Shown: positions 40,957 through 56,950, numbered from the stretch's first letter. The stretch is 64,000 nucleotides of DNA from Octopus vulgaris (GCA_951406725.2 OX597820.1:84258001-84322000); one strand, 5' to 3'. Notes: generated from the letters alone by a model not told the origin. Program-made: numbers and translations.

Positions 40957-41824
40957 AGATATATTTCACTTAGTGTTATAATTTCTGATTTTCTTTTTAA
41001 TCTCTAGAAAGTTTGATATAACGCACTGAAGAAAGGGCGATATCTTGTTACACAATATGGTCCGTAACTCGAGGATGCAGGAGTCTCTCCAGGCCGAGCA
41101 GCTACTTTTCCTTATGGAAAGGTCACAGCTCATGTGCTACGCAATTGTGATTAGAATTGCAGGAAAAATCAATCACAAGACTGAATTTTGAAGACGAACT
41201 AATCTGCAGAAGACCCAGGGCTTGGCCAAGAAAAGAATAGTTAAGTAATATCCAAAATTTCAGTCGACCGTGCTTGGCTTCCGGATGGAAATTCTGTCAC
41301 GGTTGCTTATGAATTTCTGACAGGACCCTATGATTCATTCAAGAATCTTCTCTCACGACCCTCCCAGGAAGAGAAGGTAAAGAAAATGGATGAATTTTCT
41401 GAAACGATTATAATACAAATAAATGACGCAGCTAATGTCTGAAATAGATAAAATAAACTGCAAAATATTTTTTGTTGTAGCGTTTTGCTAAATTTAGTTA
41501 AGACAGTATAGTCTCTCCACCAACAGGTGTTCTCATCCTTGTCAAGTTGCAAAGGTATGATGAAAAGAAATTTTAGGAAGAGGAACAATTATTTGGAGGC
41601 TCCTTCATTGGCTCGATGCTTATTTTTGCTACATCACTATCAATATAGAGTTTAAAATACGTGCTTGTGTATTGCGTTTTTCTACATATAGTATTATAAC
41701 TGGAATAACACTAATATAAACGGCAATATTTAATTTTCTTTCTCTTTCTTTCAGTGCGTTAAATCTATATTTCTAGAGATTAAAAAGAAAAATCAGAAAT
41801 TAATACACTAAGTGAAATATATCT
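40957..41824. mobile_element. Element bounded by ~80 bp inverted repeats
   Basis: 40957-41035 pairs with 41744-41824 (agatatatttcacttagtgt / acactaagtgaaatatatct). Confidence 0.7.
41050..41392 (+). mobile_element. RTE (Rex3/Expander-like) LINE 3' fragment
   Basis: VRNSRMQESLQAEQLLFLMERSQL resembles VRSS.IRE.L.VEPLLL.IERSQLRW. Ends cacgaccctcccagg...gaaaatggatga, like the Rex3-type terminus. Confidence 0.75.
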
Positions 41825-43784
41825 AAATTGAATATTCATAGTAATTATGGAAAACTTTTCAAATGTATATGCAGCTGGAATTCTTTAGAGATATTGACAA
41901 TGGAACATAAAGATAATTCTAAGAGACGGACGTGAGATAGATAGATAGATTGATAAAGAGTCAAAATATAGATAGCAAGAAAGATAGATGTATATAGATA
42001 AATGCATATATGCATACATTAATGTGAGTACATGCGCGCGTGTGTATGTGCCTGCTTGCGCGTATGCGTAACATCCTGAGAAAGATTTAGAAGACATGTT
42101 TGTTATTGCTTATACACTTAACGGTAGTTTGGCCAAGCTGTCAGTCGAAACTAAAACTCCAATACTTTTAAAATTAAAACTTGCCTTTACTAAATGTTTG
42201 GAATTCATTAAAAATATTGCTTTAAGCGAATGTCTTCTGGTTTTGGAATTTTCCGATAAAGGAATTTTCATTGGAGAGGCGTACTCGATTGCATGGTTCC
42301 CATAATTTCAAAATTGCTTTAAGATAAGGATTTCTGATTAAGTTACATGGTCAGTAATTTAAACTTATTTCATAGAACTCGAATGAATCAAATGCATTGT
42401 TGAAGACAAAACTTGAACTCAGAATGTCAAGGGTTGGAACAAATAGCCTGGAATACTTTCCAAACACTCCATCTTTTCTTCCAAATAGCTGCTTATTAGT
42501 CATTTAAAAATAATATCCTTAACAGAATTATGCACAAACATGCGCGCGCGTAGGCGGCAGCAGGTTGGTGCACAGTGCCAATTTGATTATTATAAATACG
42601 TTAATCCTCTCTGGATTAAAAAGAAAAAAAATCTGCATCCACTCTATTTCCGAGTGTAGATTAATACATCGATCTCATCCACACTCGTGAATCTGTTAAC
42701 ATGGGTATATAAGCTCTGTATGACACTTTTAACATATAGCGTATTTATACGTACACTGACATCAGTATAAAATCAGACACACAGGTAGATTGATCAATTT
42801 ATACACATAACTATATTTTGGTTGTTTTAACTAATGGACAAGCATATTTATCAATACTTTTATCAATGCATTATCCTTAATTTCTTTATTTTTTTATGCA
42901 TTGCTATTATAATTAAAATTAATTCATTTGACTACACATAGTCAGTTAGAGGCACGATACTTGCCAGCAAATTAATTAATCAAGTGATAGAATGACAAAA
43001 GCTAAGGTTTGTCCCAATGGATTTATAACTGTAAAATTAAATGACAATGCACTATCATTCCATAACATTAACTTCTGTGTTCCTGTGCTTAGGTGTTTCA
43101 GATAAATCATGTGTAATTTCTATCCTTAAAATAATTTTGCTCCTCTACGCATATTTTATTCTATTGTTATTTATGTCAGAAGCTACCCCTGTGTCATATG
43201 AGATTTAAGATCATAAAACATGGCCATTGGTTTGTTGAAGTCGTAAAGTATTCAATTTAACTTCCAAAGCAAGTTGCACTAAATATTCCAAATGCAGAAA
43301 GTCACTCAGCCTACACGTACATTTACAATAACAACTAAAAGAAAATCAATTTTTTGTGCGCTCATATGCACTTCCAGTATCTTGTTACAAACGGCGTTCT
43401 ATTTCTATATTTCCTGTTGTAAGCTTAACAGCACTTAGGGGGAACTCTGTAGCAGACATCTCCAAAAATATTCACTAAAACTTCCCTTTAGAAACACAAC
43501 GAACATGCATATTTAAACAGATGAACATATACTTACACACATACATATACGAATTCTCGTACTGTCATCTACCTACCAGCTCTTCTTCAGAAAATATCAT
43601 ATTTGACTCTGTAAAGTTTTGAACATGAATGTCAATTACTTAAAAACACACATGCACATGAACATATATACATGCGTATCCATATATAAATATATAAATA
43701 TATATATACATATATACACATAAATATGTATAAACATGCATATATATATATACATATATATATATATGCATATATATACATACG

Positions 43785-43816
<32 letters not shown>

Positions 43817-44139
43817 CATATATATTCATACATAGATACATACAAGGATGGTTAAAAAACTGATAGATTTAGCTATTTGCAAGTAACGTTGAAAAATAAA
43901 CACGAATATAAAATCATGAATCGGAAAATATGGGCGGAATTGTACCTGCGAACGGATAAAACTGCAGGGATTCATAAATGCTTAATGGATCAAAGCTGCC
44001 TATGATCTTTGTTTATTTGTTTGATGTTTATGACATAATAGTAAAAATACCAGTTACATGTGGAAGTAAAGATTAATATAATCTTATTATGTACACATGC
44101 ATAAAGACACACAAGCACACAAAATATATGTATGTTTGT

Positions 44140-44183
<44 letters not shown>

Positions 44184-44730
44184 GGTAGAGCATTTGTTGT
44201 GATAAATATGGAATATATCATGAACCACTTTCAAGCAGATTTGCCTCTGTTTGCCACGAATTACCATATCTTATTGACTGGCGTACGCCCGTGTTTCAAA
44301 AACATTTCATCTTCGCATTTGGTAATGTATTGATTCATTAATCTATAAATATATTAATATCTCCCCTTAGTGAGTATTTACGTCGTATACGTTAGCCTCA
44401 TAAGGTAAGAAGATGTCAAACGTACCGCATTTAACGACCTCACTACCTTGTAATTTCGATTAGATGAAGGCTGCATAGGGAGATCTATATAGCTCCCTAT
44501 GCATATATGTGACAAGCTTAACTATTCTTCTGTTGCACATTACACTAATGGCTACTTGGAACTATGCATACTCTTTGAAGGACGAAGGCATTCATCATAT
44601 CTGTTTTCAATTTAATTAATGATTGTCATAAGTCTGAAATTATGAAATATTTCAAGGGATTCTTTAGAATCATTTCGACTTCCTTTCCAATTTATGTATT
44701 AATTTATAAATATATTGGATTGGAAATCCT

Positions 44731-44775
<45 letters not shown>

Positions 44776-44784
44776 CTGGGAAAT

Positions 44785-44842
<58 letters not shown>

Positions 44843-44948
44843 AACACACATACATACATATACGCACACAAACACAACACATTTATAAAGGAGATGGAAA
44901 GTCTTAAATCTACATTCCCTGCTCGTAAAATTATCAGACGAGGTGTCT

Positions 44949-44984
<36 letters not shown>

Positions 44985-45244
44985 TTATATTTAATATTTA
45001 TTAATAATATCAGGGTAATAAAGATTTTGGAAAAATGTTTACTACCTGTGGCCTAGCGTGTAGAAAAATTAGTCAATAGGCTAAATATTATATAAATACA
45101 GTGTATATTTAAACACATAAAAGCTATCCTTCATAGGATTCCGTTCACGCTAGAAAGAACAGCTAAAGTCCAAACAACTATTAAAGATAAAAACTTGTCG
45201 CCAAACGTATGAGCGTTCGACAATTTTTTACCGAACAATCGCAC

Positions 45245-45480
45245 AGAGGATTTGTTTATAGTGTTCAAATGCTTGTGTACACATAAGCTCACTCACTCCC
45301 CCAGATCGACGTTACCTGGATTGGTGCAACGTGAGACACATGTTAGATGTCGAAATGATCGCATAGCAACATGAAATGAAGTGCTTTGCTCAAGTACACA
45401 ACGCAATATACGGCCGGAGGATCGAAGCCACGAGCTCACAATCGTGATTACAATACACTAACCGCTCTACCATGCGTCTT
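45245..45480 (-). mobile_element. tRNA-derived SINE (head and centre like the 38185 element)
   Basis: Reverse complement reads gacgcatggtagagcggttagtg...gcttcgatcc...gcgttgtgtacttgagcaaagcactt. Confidence 0.65.
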
Positions 45481-45481
45481 A

Positions 45482-45564
<83 letters not shown>

Positions 45565-45573
45565 TAATGTATA

Positions 45574-45649
45574 GGCGCAGGAGTTGCTGGATGATAAGAA
45601 ACTCGCCTTCTGAGTGGATTTGGTAAACGGAAACTAAAAGAAGCCCGTC

Positions 45650-45747
<98 letters not shown>

Positions 45748-45955
45748 CTCTGTGCCGGGCTCTGACAATCGCTTGACAATAGGTGTTGGCGTGTTTATAT
45801 CCTTTTAACATAGCGTTTCGGCTAAAAAGATCGATAGAATAAGTATCAGTCTTTGAAAAATTACTGGGATTGAATTATTCGACCAAAATTCATCAAAGCG
45901 GTGCCACATGATTGCCTCCGTCTAATGACTGAAACAAAGTAAAAGAATAAAAGAA
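45574..45955 (+). mobile_element. SINE family B with internal deletion
   Basis: ggcgcaggagttgct... joined directly to tgagtggatttggtaaacggaaact; tail atgactgaaacaaagtaaaagaataaaag. Confidence 0.85.
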
Positions 45956-47092
45956 TATATATTTATGGGAAAACAGAATATACGCAAGACTTTAATTTTA
46001 TCTTTTGTACGTTCAACATCACATTTGAAATCTCTTTTCACACTCTAAAAATTACATTGGGTGGAGTATGAACAAGCCAGGTAGGTGTATTGAAAAAATG
46101 ATGATAGTGAAAAACAAAAACATGCTTAGCAGCACGTGAGTAATTAAAAATTGATTACGAACAGTAAAATAGCGACGGAAGAAGGAGAATTGAAGGAATT
46201 CAGGGAAATATTTTAAAAGAAGGAATTTTATCAAATGTAGCAAGGGGAAAATGCCATTCCCTCAACCAGTACAGTGTGACGTCAGCCAAATTTATGTATC
46301 CATTCTCTCTGACGACTTTGCTCGAAAGATTATAGAACTGAAAAATAAGCCAAGTGTTGCTAATGTCAAAGCAGGTGAAGCACCAGATCAATCATCGCAA
46401 AAGGAATATGAATGCTAATGCAAGGGAACATGAATCCTTGGATCTGTTCGGCAAAGAACGCTTCGCCAAGAAATTGCAGAACGAAGATTCCCAAATACAA
46501 GCGAACAAAGGTTGCAGTTGAGGACAATAAAATAAGCAGAATATAAAAAAAATACAAAAAATGTGGGGTATATTTTAAATTGAATCCAAATGATCATTTA
46601 AAATAGAAATGGCACAAACAATTTTCAAAACACGATGCTAAATATATAAAATGTGTGCAAAGATATGATTACAGGAACAAAATTCTAAGAATTTGAAATA
46701 CATATCGTATTTTCAGCTTATGATGTTATATTAAACCGGTGGTTCAACCAACTGATCCTTCTCTGCAAGGCGGAATATGCTTCAAAGGCTTTCGTTAAGA
46801 TAACATATTATTGTGAGCATAAATGAAAATAAACAAATCCATACCACATGTCTGTCTTTGAGTGAGAGCTAGAGTGCGTGTATGCATTTATTTTAATGTT
46901 TATACTTAACTTTATATTGACATGCATGATTATTTCGGATACTCTTATATTGTCGCTCTAAACTTCAGGTTTATTGATCGTTATTAAGCACATTTCCAAG
47001 TATTGTGCAGAGACAAAGATAGTGTGCGTTATATTGGCTGTATTCTGTAACCTATATGAAACATATATATATATATATATATTTCTTATATA

Positions 47093-47139
<47 letters not shown>

Positions 47140-47175
47140 AATGTTTGTATGTGTGTGTATGAATATGCATGCATA

Positions 47176-47225
<50 letters not shown>

Positions 47226-48982
47226 TAATAGATATATGCACACATCTAGGCTTGTAGTGTGTGGGTGTCTCTGATTTCATGTATATATGTATGTGTGTGT
47301 TTGAGTGCGTGTAAATATGTAGTTACATGCACCTTCATCGTCGTATGTGATTTGTCAGGTTTTCAAATATAAAACATGATTAAAAGCAGCTTACATATCT
47401 CGCAGCTCGTAAGCATACGCTTGTCTTTGTACGGAAGCTCGTGTATGAATGCTTGTGTCTGTATATTTATATGCATAAATGTATATATGTATTTAAGAAT
47501 GTGTGTGTCGGTGTCTGTCTGCCTGTGTAAATATGCACGTATGCGGAGTGTGTATGTGTGGTTTATGTGTAGAAGTTACGGTCGAATAGGTTTCACTATG
47601 TTGCTTCTATGAAGCTAAAGACTGACTGATGCAGTATGGCATCAGGAGAATTAAGTAGCTTTCCATGTCATCCACTGTTAGCTTAATTTCATTCCACTCC
47701 AGCTCACATTCTTTCTCATTTGCTCTAATTCTAACTTCGTATAGTTCTATTGTATATTATTCTCAGCATTCTGCTCTATATTTATTTCTTTTACATTTAT
47801 CTTATTATATTTGAAAATATCTATCTTTATATATTTGTAACGTATATTCCAATCATTCTTTGTATCTCTTTACAATATTACTTTCCTACAAGAGATGTTC
47901 CTTTCGACTAGGCTGAACATTTTATAGTTTATGTGAAACTGAAGTTGTATGATGCGACTTTAAATTCTTATTCAAACTGTAACATCCCCGTAACTTGTCT
48001 CTCTTGCTGCTGTTAGTTTGTTTCTCTTTAAGACGTGAACTATCAGAAGCTTTGTACTATAAACTGCTTATCATAACAATTACCTCAGGTAGACCAGACT
48101 TCCTCTACAGACTCCAGCTAGCATGACATAAATCTCCGACTAAATTACATCCTTTATTCTTGGCTTGAGAAATTATGTATTCCGTTTCCGCTTCATTGAA
48201 GCTCTTATGATTAATTTTCATTGCCTCATTTCAAGAGTGGTTGAGGAATTATCCTCTAAACCAGCGCCTGTGATTGCTATTTTATTCTACTGGACCCTCA
48301 TAAATATTGGATATTTAAAACTGTCCCTTTATATTTTTACTATTAAATGTTTTTAACAATTTTGTTTAAAAAATTGTTGAAATATTTTGTATAGTTCAGA
48401 AGAATACCCATTTAATTACGCATGGATTTTAACAGCAAGGGTCATGTGGACACCATTTGCGAATCACTGCTCTAAACGGTGACTTGGTGCGAATGCCTGT
48501 AACACAATAGACTCTTATAAGGCCAGCAAGGTTGGAGGTGTTAGTGTTAAATTACTTGACAGGCAGATGTTGGTAATAAGTGTTTAAAACGAAATCTGAT
48601 CTAATAAATATGCTAAATTACTCTGTATATTCATACTGGTCGGAATAACGAAACGTGTACGTAATGAGATCGGAATCAATTACAAATCAAAATCGGGAAT
48701 TTCAATCTCTTGGCAAAAGGTTGCACTCTAAAAATCAAGGGAGCGGTGTGGAGTTTTCAAATGCTTCTTTTGATACCATTTGCTCAGTAATGTAACTTAA
48801 ATTAACAGACACACCAATGCATGCATAAATACATCTGTACACCTATACATAGAAAACTACTCTATTTCATAAAGTCAAATTTCCAAAGAAAGTGCCTTCT
48901 TTGTATACTGGAAGCAAGGCCTTCTTTCTCTGGTGAAATTTTAATAAATAAAACCAAGAACGAAAATATTCACACACACACG

Positions 48983-49016
<34 letters not shown>

Positions 49017-50565
49017 TAATCACTCATACGCATATATGTACATTTAACTGATAAAAAGAAAGAAAAACAAAAATTCTATCTACATATCTATAACTGTGTG
49101 TGTGAGTAGGTATAGATGTATATATAAGTTGATATATGTGTGTGCGTCCATTTAATATGAACGCTTCTCCGAGATAATTCTCTCCTATTTAAATATGTGA
49201 GTAGGTATAAATGTATATATAAGTATTATATTTTACCGAGTAATGACGAATGAAGCCTTAACATGCTCGTTGCTTTCACTGGTTATCTGTGAAACCAGCG
49301 GTCGCATCTATATATAAGCGCCTCTCTTATATGCGTATTCCATATTTTGAATGCCACTAGATGAAAATTTTTGTCGTAAAATTACAGGAAAACGTACCCC
49401 TTGATGTATATGTTCCTTGCGAATCTGCAGTTGTCCTATAATATAGTAGAAAAAAAAATTAAATGAATTCACCAGAGCCACTATGGACCACACACCCTTG
49501 TACGCATAAAAACAGATAAACACAATCATTCAGGAAACGAAAACAACCCTGTCGTTAACAAATTCACGTCACGACTGCGTTGTTTGAGTTTAATATTATG
49601 ATACAGGGAGTTGGAAAAATGAATAATGCAAACACATAGACAGAGATTAACCAATACCCTGTGGGTAGAATCTAATAGACGGAAAGCTAGTGGAAGCCAG
49701 TTATATACTGTTGTAAGGATATATGTGTGTTTGTATGAACCCTCATCTTTACTTGTGTATGTGTTTACAGTAGGAAAGTGACGTATGTGTATTTGTTTCC
49801 CTTTGTGTTAACAAGTGTGAAGTCGATATCTGAATCACTCATGGAACTCCGCCCATTCTGGCGGTGACACAAAATGGGTGGTGCCCATTGACTGAAGCTA
49901 TTAAATGACTAGTGAGCATACACACACACAAACTCTATCTCTCTGCCTCTCTCTCTCTCTCTCTCTCTCTCTCACTTACACAAATACACATACTCGGATA
50001 TTAATACCCAGTAGTCTTCAAAGATATTTTATTCGTTATCGTTCTATGGTAAGCTAGCTGAAGTCTACACCTGCAGAATTTGATTTCAGATCTCTGTTGA
50101 ATGACATTTTGCACTATCTAATGGACTGGTTAATACAAAATGGATGGGTGTAACCTTGTCGACCATAGCATGTATTCAGGATGTCTATAAAAATGAAAAG
50201 TGTATTTGTCTAACAACTCTTTCTAATAAGAATATTAAGCCATTCTCAACATTTCTATGTACGCGCAGTAGATATAAGGTAAAAGCTTGATCCGTCAATC
50301 GCGTTTCCTTTCGCATTTCGACTTTAATACTAATTCTTACCATTTTATACGTAAAGGATAAAACTAATGTTGTTGTATCTCAAATATAATCTACGTTCTT
50401 ATAAAGCTTTTTATATTTTTCCTATTATTTCACTTGTTCACATATATACATGTGTGTATGTCTGTGTGTATCTGTGTATGTTTGTGAGCGTGTGTGTGTT
50501 TATGTGAGTGAGATAGTGTGCGTGCGCACGCGCGTGTGCATTTATTTTTTTAGCGCCTTCTCGTA

Positions 50566-50741
50566 CACTGTAACGTGAAAGGATTTCACTGCGGGATCAT
50601 GTCTTGGAAAAGAAAAAAAAACTATTCTTTCCATAGAGTTTTGTCAAAATCGCGTCAATGCATTTTTACTCAGCATGTCTGTAGGAAGTAAGTTTTTACG
50701 TAACGCAAAATACCGCGGCGAATGCTTTTCACGTCATAATG
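50566..50741. mobile_element. Tc1/mariner-type MITE with TA target-site duplication
   Basis: TA|CACTGTAACGTGAAAGGATTTCACTGCGG ... CCGCGGCGAATGCTTTTCACGTCATAATG|TA; imperfect ~30 bp TIRs. Confidence 0.65.
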
Positions 50742-51529
50742 TATAATAATGCTTTAAAAAGAAAAGAAACCTCTTCATTTGGATACACTGTACTATGTCT
50801 GCGGACGCAACACACACACGCGTTCACACACACACAAACATACATTCACACACAGCCTACCTGCCCATTTAGTTGTGTAGAGCAGACGGCAAGAGGAATG
50901 TGAACAAGAACAGAAAATAAAGAAAGCAGTTAAAGGAAGTCGGGATGGGATGACAAGGATATGCAAAAATGGAATAAATTTTAACAACTTACAGAAGAAG
51001 GATTTTTCAAAGGATAGATATGCAGTTGCTAGTGGTAGGTTAAAGCGATCGATCTTTGAATCAATAAGTCACAAATATGCATTTCACATGCAGCAAATGT
51101 AAGGAAATCCTGCGAATAATCTATGAAATGGTAAGAAATTTACAATGAACAATAGGTTGGAGACTAAAAGAAACTTTACTAAGCAGTAGCTATATTCCTA
51201 TGAGTGTGTAATGACAAATCCCTACGTTTCTGCTTGACTGTATACATGGCTCTGGAAATAAACTATACATCAAGAAACAATATTTTTTTATGTATGCCAC
51301 AAAACAGAAATAGATAAATGTGTATTTATGAATACTGAAGCTTGTTGCAAACCTGACTTACAACATGCAGGGGAAAATGTTTGTGCCAGGCCATTATGAT
51401 GTATGCGACAACAGGGAAAAAGCAGGATTTTTCTATAAGTATAACATACACACGCACGCACACACACACGCACACACATATATACAGAAATGCACACACT
51501 ACACAGGCATTTATGTATCTATATTTCAG

Positions 51530-51626
<97 letters not shown>

Positions 51627-52453
51627 AATAGTAAAGAGTGAAAAGATTACAGAAGGCTTGTTTTAAAAGGTTAAAAAATATATATTTGAGTCAATATGTC
51701 TGAAGAATGTTATACATTTTTTTCATACAATGACATAGTATAGAAGAAATGACCGGTTTCGCGTACAGCTTTTCAAATTTCTTAAATCGTTGTTTACGTT
51801 GAGCGGTGATCTAGATAATAAGTGATTTCTTCCGGTGTAAGGGAAATAATCGCTTAAAATTATTAGACTTTCTTTTGGATTGAGTTTCTCTGTATTATAC
51901 ATATATATATATATATGCACACACATTCATGTGTGCGTATATGTATGCGTGTGTGTGTGAATGTGTGAGTTTGTGTGTATGTGAGTGCGTGTGTGTGATC
52001 GAGACCAATGGTTTAGTTTAAAGTTTTGTACTGAAATATAACCTAGATAAACATTACGCGTGTTTCACTTGCAAATACTTGTATGTTCTGCGGCACTTGT
52101 TACGTAGGATCTGCAAAATGACTCTCACAAACAAATCATCAGATATAATGAAATTATATAGGAATTAACGCACTGTCCTTTACCAACCACAATTAATACA
52201 TATTGGTATTGCTGATTCTTCCTCCTACTCACCAAAGGTCTAGATTTCTGTAAAATATAAATAAACAGGTTTGAATGTAAATGTGACGAACAGTATTTTA
52301 ATCATAAAATTTCTTTCCATCATATTGACTGAGGCTTATATATCTAACTACCTATCTACGAACACCACCTCGCACATAAACATACACACACACATGTGTA
52401 TATAATATATATATATATATATTTATATATACATATGAAAATATATATATATA

Positions 52454-52820
52454 GGCGCAGGAGTGGTTATGTGGTAAGAAGCTTGCTTGCCAAGCACGTG
52501 GTTCCGGGTTGGGTCTCACTGCGTAGCAACTGTCTTCTGCTATAGCCTTGGGCTGACCAAAGCCTTGTGAGTGGTTCTGGTAGACGGAAACTGAAAGAAG
52601 CCCGTCGTATATATGTGTGTGCATGTATCTGTGTGCCTGTGTTTGTCCCGCAAAATCGCTTGACAGCCGATGTTGGCGTGTTACGTCTCCCGTAACTTAA
52701 CGGTTCGGCAAAAGTAACCAATGGAATAAATACTAGGTCTACAAAGAATAAGTCTTGGGGTCGATTTGTTCGACTAAAGACTGTACTCCAGCATCAAATG
52801 ATCCAAACAAATAAAAGAGA
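52454..52820 (+). mobile_element. SINE family B, near full-length
   Basis: ggcgcaggagtggttatgtggtaagaagc...ggaaactgaaagaagcccgtcg...ctccagcatcaaatga...aaaagag. Confidence 0.9.
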
Positions 52821-52823
52821 TTA

Positions 52824-52867
<44 letters not shown>

Positions 52868-53358
52868 TATGTATACAGTCACGCACACACTCATTCATCT
52901 TTCATATATTTCTCTCTCATAAATCTCCGTAAGCTTTCTTCCTCTTCTCCTTTTCTCATCCTCCACTTTTCTCTCTTCTTTCTTTCTAACTTATTCTTTT
53001 TTATATGCCAAGATATCGACAATTTTCAAAGTGTAGCACAACGATTTGGCTATGGAATGGTGAAACTATTTTTTCATTTTCTGAAAGAGCAATGATTTTG
53101 AGTTACGGCCCTTTTGCATAACAGCAACAATATACATGCATATAGGGATGAATAAAAAAAATGAAAGGAATTTCAAATGTATATCCAGTGACAGGAGTAT
53201 ATCACAAGTATGGTGACATACTTGTAGCCTGAAGTCGAGCCTTGTATAGCATATGACAAGATTTTACCCGGTTTTACCCAAAATGTATTCAACTCTATAT
53301 ACATGCATACATACACACACACATATACATATACATACATACATACATACACACACAC

Positions 53359-53425
<67 letters not shown>

Positions 53426-53679
53426 TATATGCATGCATGAATAATTTTACATGTGTGAGTGGTCCCTTCGTTTATGAATTTAGTGTTTGTTTACTTTTAC
53501 CATATTCAATCAACTTTAGCTTCAAAATAAAACAAAACTTAATCTTTTTTTTTCAGAAATATATATTAACTAAAATCAGAATATATCCAAACTGAGATAC
53601 AAAGTGATGACTGAAGATTGTACATAGGATCTGCCAAAAATAATGTAAGTGCATTATACTCTTCTCTTTACATATATTG

Positions 53680-53868
53680 ATTTCAGTGGAGGGGGTTAAG
53701 TCGATTATATTGGTCCCAGTACCTATCTGGTACATATGTTTTCGACCACAGAAGTGAAGAAAGACAAATTTGACCTCGGAGAATTTTGAATTCAGATCGT
53801 GAAGACGAGCGAAATGACGCTAAGCGTTTCACCCACCGTGCTGCAGATTCTGCAAGCTTGGTGCCTCA
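53680..53868 (-). mobile_element. SINE family A, diverged
   Basis: agtcgattatattggtcccagtacc...tgacctcggagaattttgaattcag...gattctgcaagctt. Confidence 0.75.
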
Positions 53869-54372
53869 TTTACTATCTGGAATATTAATTGGCTAACAAA
53901 ATCTGCAGAGCGTCGGAAAACAGTCATTGGTTATCATAGGTTTCGTTTACAATCCAAATATAATTCCCATTACATTCATTGAAAATCCACCTGATGTCAG
54001 TAGTAGGCGTTGTCGATTGACACTTTAAGTCGGATATGACTGTCTAACAGAAGAGCCAAATAATGAACAATCCTACTTTTTAGGAATTGGTTCGGAATTT
54101 CTAAAGTTCGATAGCTAAAACAATTCATGATATTGCTGCAAATTCAATTTCTTATTCAATCCCAACGGTGTCTATTGTCTATTTCATAAATTGTATATTG
54201 TGATCTCTCAGATATTCATGTTATTATTGATATATATTTGTCTGCTTCAGTAACTCTCTACTTATGAAGTATGCATGTATGTATATATCTATCTATCTAT
54301 CTAGCTATCTCTCACACTCATCATCTCCCTTTCATTATATGCATATTTATAAACACACATATACCCACATAC

Positions 54373-54427
<55 letters not shown>

Positions 54428-54529
54428 GATAGGTCACACAAAGTGTGTCAATAGCCAGCTGGAGAAGATTTTCTCCTGGGACTACAAGCTACAGTAACAC
54501 CCACCCTTAATGGTTAGCCACATTTAGAT

Positions 54530-54582
<53 letters not shown>

Positions 54583-55981
54583 GTGTGTGTGTATCTGTTG
54601 GCATATGTGTCTCAGTGCATATGCATGATTCACATATGGATGTATTTGTATATGTATCTGCAACCTCATAACACTTTTCCTGATTAGTATTATAATGTAA
54701 CAGCGGCCGAGTTCTACCAGACGTCTTAATTTTGCAAAAGAATAGAATTAGATAATGACATCGCTATAACAATGGCTTTTTATTAATAACAAAGATTTCT
54801 TTATTGAGGTCCATAATGGAATCGTAATTGTATATTATTAAACACTGAAACAATATGAAGCATACTTTGTCATTCAATTTAAAATATCTAATATCCTTTT
54901 ATATATATTAAAGAAATATATTGTTCACTAAGAACAAATTGATTCTTAAAATGTCTGATCCTTCGCACTCTACTCTCTACAAAAATATAATATTAGCAAT
55001 ATATATATATATAAATTATAACATAGTTTTCAATATAAATTCCATAAAAATATATGTAGAACCATTTTATTAAATTTCTGTACATATAATTGAGAATATT
55101 TTTTATTCATAAAAATATAAATTGAGCATATTTAGCAATTTACGGTCCTATACTTCAATGAAATATGAGAAAAATATGAGGAAGGGAAAAGAATACGAGC
55201 TTATAGATTTATCTTATTCCCATTTGCTTTCCTCTGTCTACAAATATGTGTGCATGTGTATGCGAGTGTATGTGCGTGTTTCTGCGTATGCTTATTTATA
55301 AGAAGTTTGAATCAGAAGAGAATGCGAAATTAAGTCATAAACTTTATTACATCAAGGTTGTTTCTACTTTAAGATGCAATGCTTGTGTAACGCCCTATAT
55401 CCTCAACGGAGGTTACAAATGAAGTGAGGCTATATTCGGACAAAATATAAAAGGGCACTCCATGTTTGATGCTCTGGTGAAGTTATAGTGCTATACACAA
55501 GCATTTGCTATGAGTGCTTTGATTCTTATAGCAGGAACAGCTGTAACCTATTGGCATTCATGATTTAACTTGTTATTCCGTTGTCATTCTAATTTCTTAT
55601 TATTCCTCTGCACTCAACTGATGCTTCGTTCTGAAGCATTTGCAGAATGCGTTCTAACCCCAGGTTGTCAGTAATGCATGGTAGATTCTGAGTGTGGTTT
55701 CTCACTGGGAACATTCCTTGATTTGGATCTTACGTGTATAGTGTGCCGTAAACTGCATGTCGGAGTATAATCTCGTGTACCATAACGGATACGATTTGTA
55801 TTTGGTCTATACTTGTGAATGAATTCGTAACTAAATAGACACACCCGTTCTTGCTTTAGTAATTTTAGTAAGTACTTGAGTGTTCGTACATATTGCTAGG
55901 GCACATTTATGATATCCTCGGCTCTACACTAATGCTTTTGTTATTAAAATATGCTGAGTTTATTGGATCCTGGTGCATTTA

Positions 55982-56055
<74 letters not shown>

Positions 56056-56099
56056 GTATGTATGTATACACATATACACAATACATATACTCATTTCCT

Positions 56100-56308
56100 C
56101 ATTTATTGTTTCAGTCATTTGACAGCGACCATGCTGGAGCACCGCATTTAGTCGAGCAAATCGATCCCAGAACTTAATATTTGTAAGCCTGGTACTTATG
56201 CTATCATCATTTTTACGGCCAAGTTACGGGGGCGTAAACACACCAGCATCGCTTGTCAAACGATGTTGGTAGGGGGACAAACATACACACGAACACATAC
56301 ACAGACAA

Positions 56309-56367
<59 letters not shown>

Positions 56368-56527
56368 ACGGGCTTCTTGCAGTTCGGTCTACCAAATCCA
56401 CTCCGAAGGCTTTGGTTGGCCCGAAGCTATAGTAGAAGACACTTGCCGAACGTGTTACGTAGTAGGGCTGAACCTGGGATCATGTGGTTGGTAATCAACC
56501 TACTTACCACACATCCACTCCTGGGCA
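56100..56527 (-). mobile_element. SINE family B, full-length
   Basis: Aligns end to end with 34911-35322. Confidence 0.9.
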
Positions 56528-56950
56528 TATATATATATATTTGCCACAGAACGTCCCAAAACTAAGCAGTAGTATCTAAGCCATGTCCAAGCCCACTTAC
56601 TTTACCTCTGAAGGAAACAAATTATACCAAAGTAAGTGATCTCTACAAACTCTGTCAACTTAGCAAGAATGAAGAACGAACCAGAATTAGAAGATTAAGA
56701 TACAAAAGATTGACAACTGAGCTTAACGTATGTGCATTCCAGTCAGTAGCTGCCGATTCGGATATGTTTGAAGCTCCGATGAACCTATAGGGTTATTTCC
56801 CACGCGCGCTTGTGCACACACACGTCTGTCTATATGCACATATATACGGAGAGAAATGCTAAATTTTCTGAATAGATATATGGATATAACTTTATTCATA
56901 TATTTGTATATCCCTGTGTATATATTTATTCATATCTATGTATATATAAA

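Noticed and set aside
46050-46530. Purine-rich, coding-looking stretch
   Set aside because: No long open frame, convincing splice pair or recognisable domain; possibly an old TE remnant.
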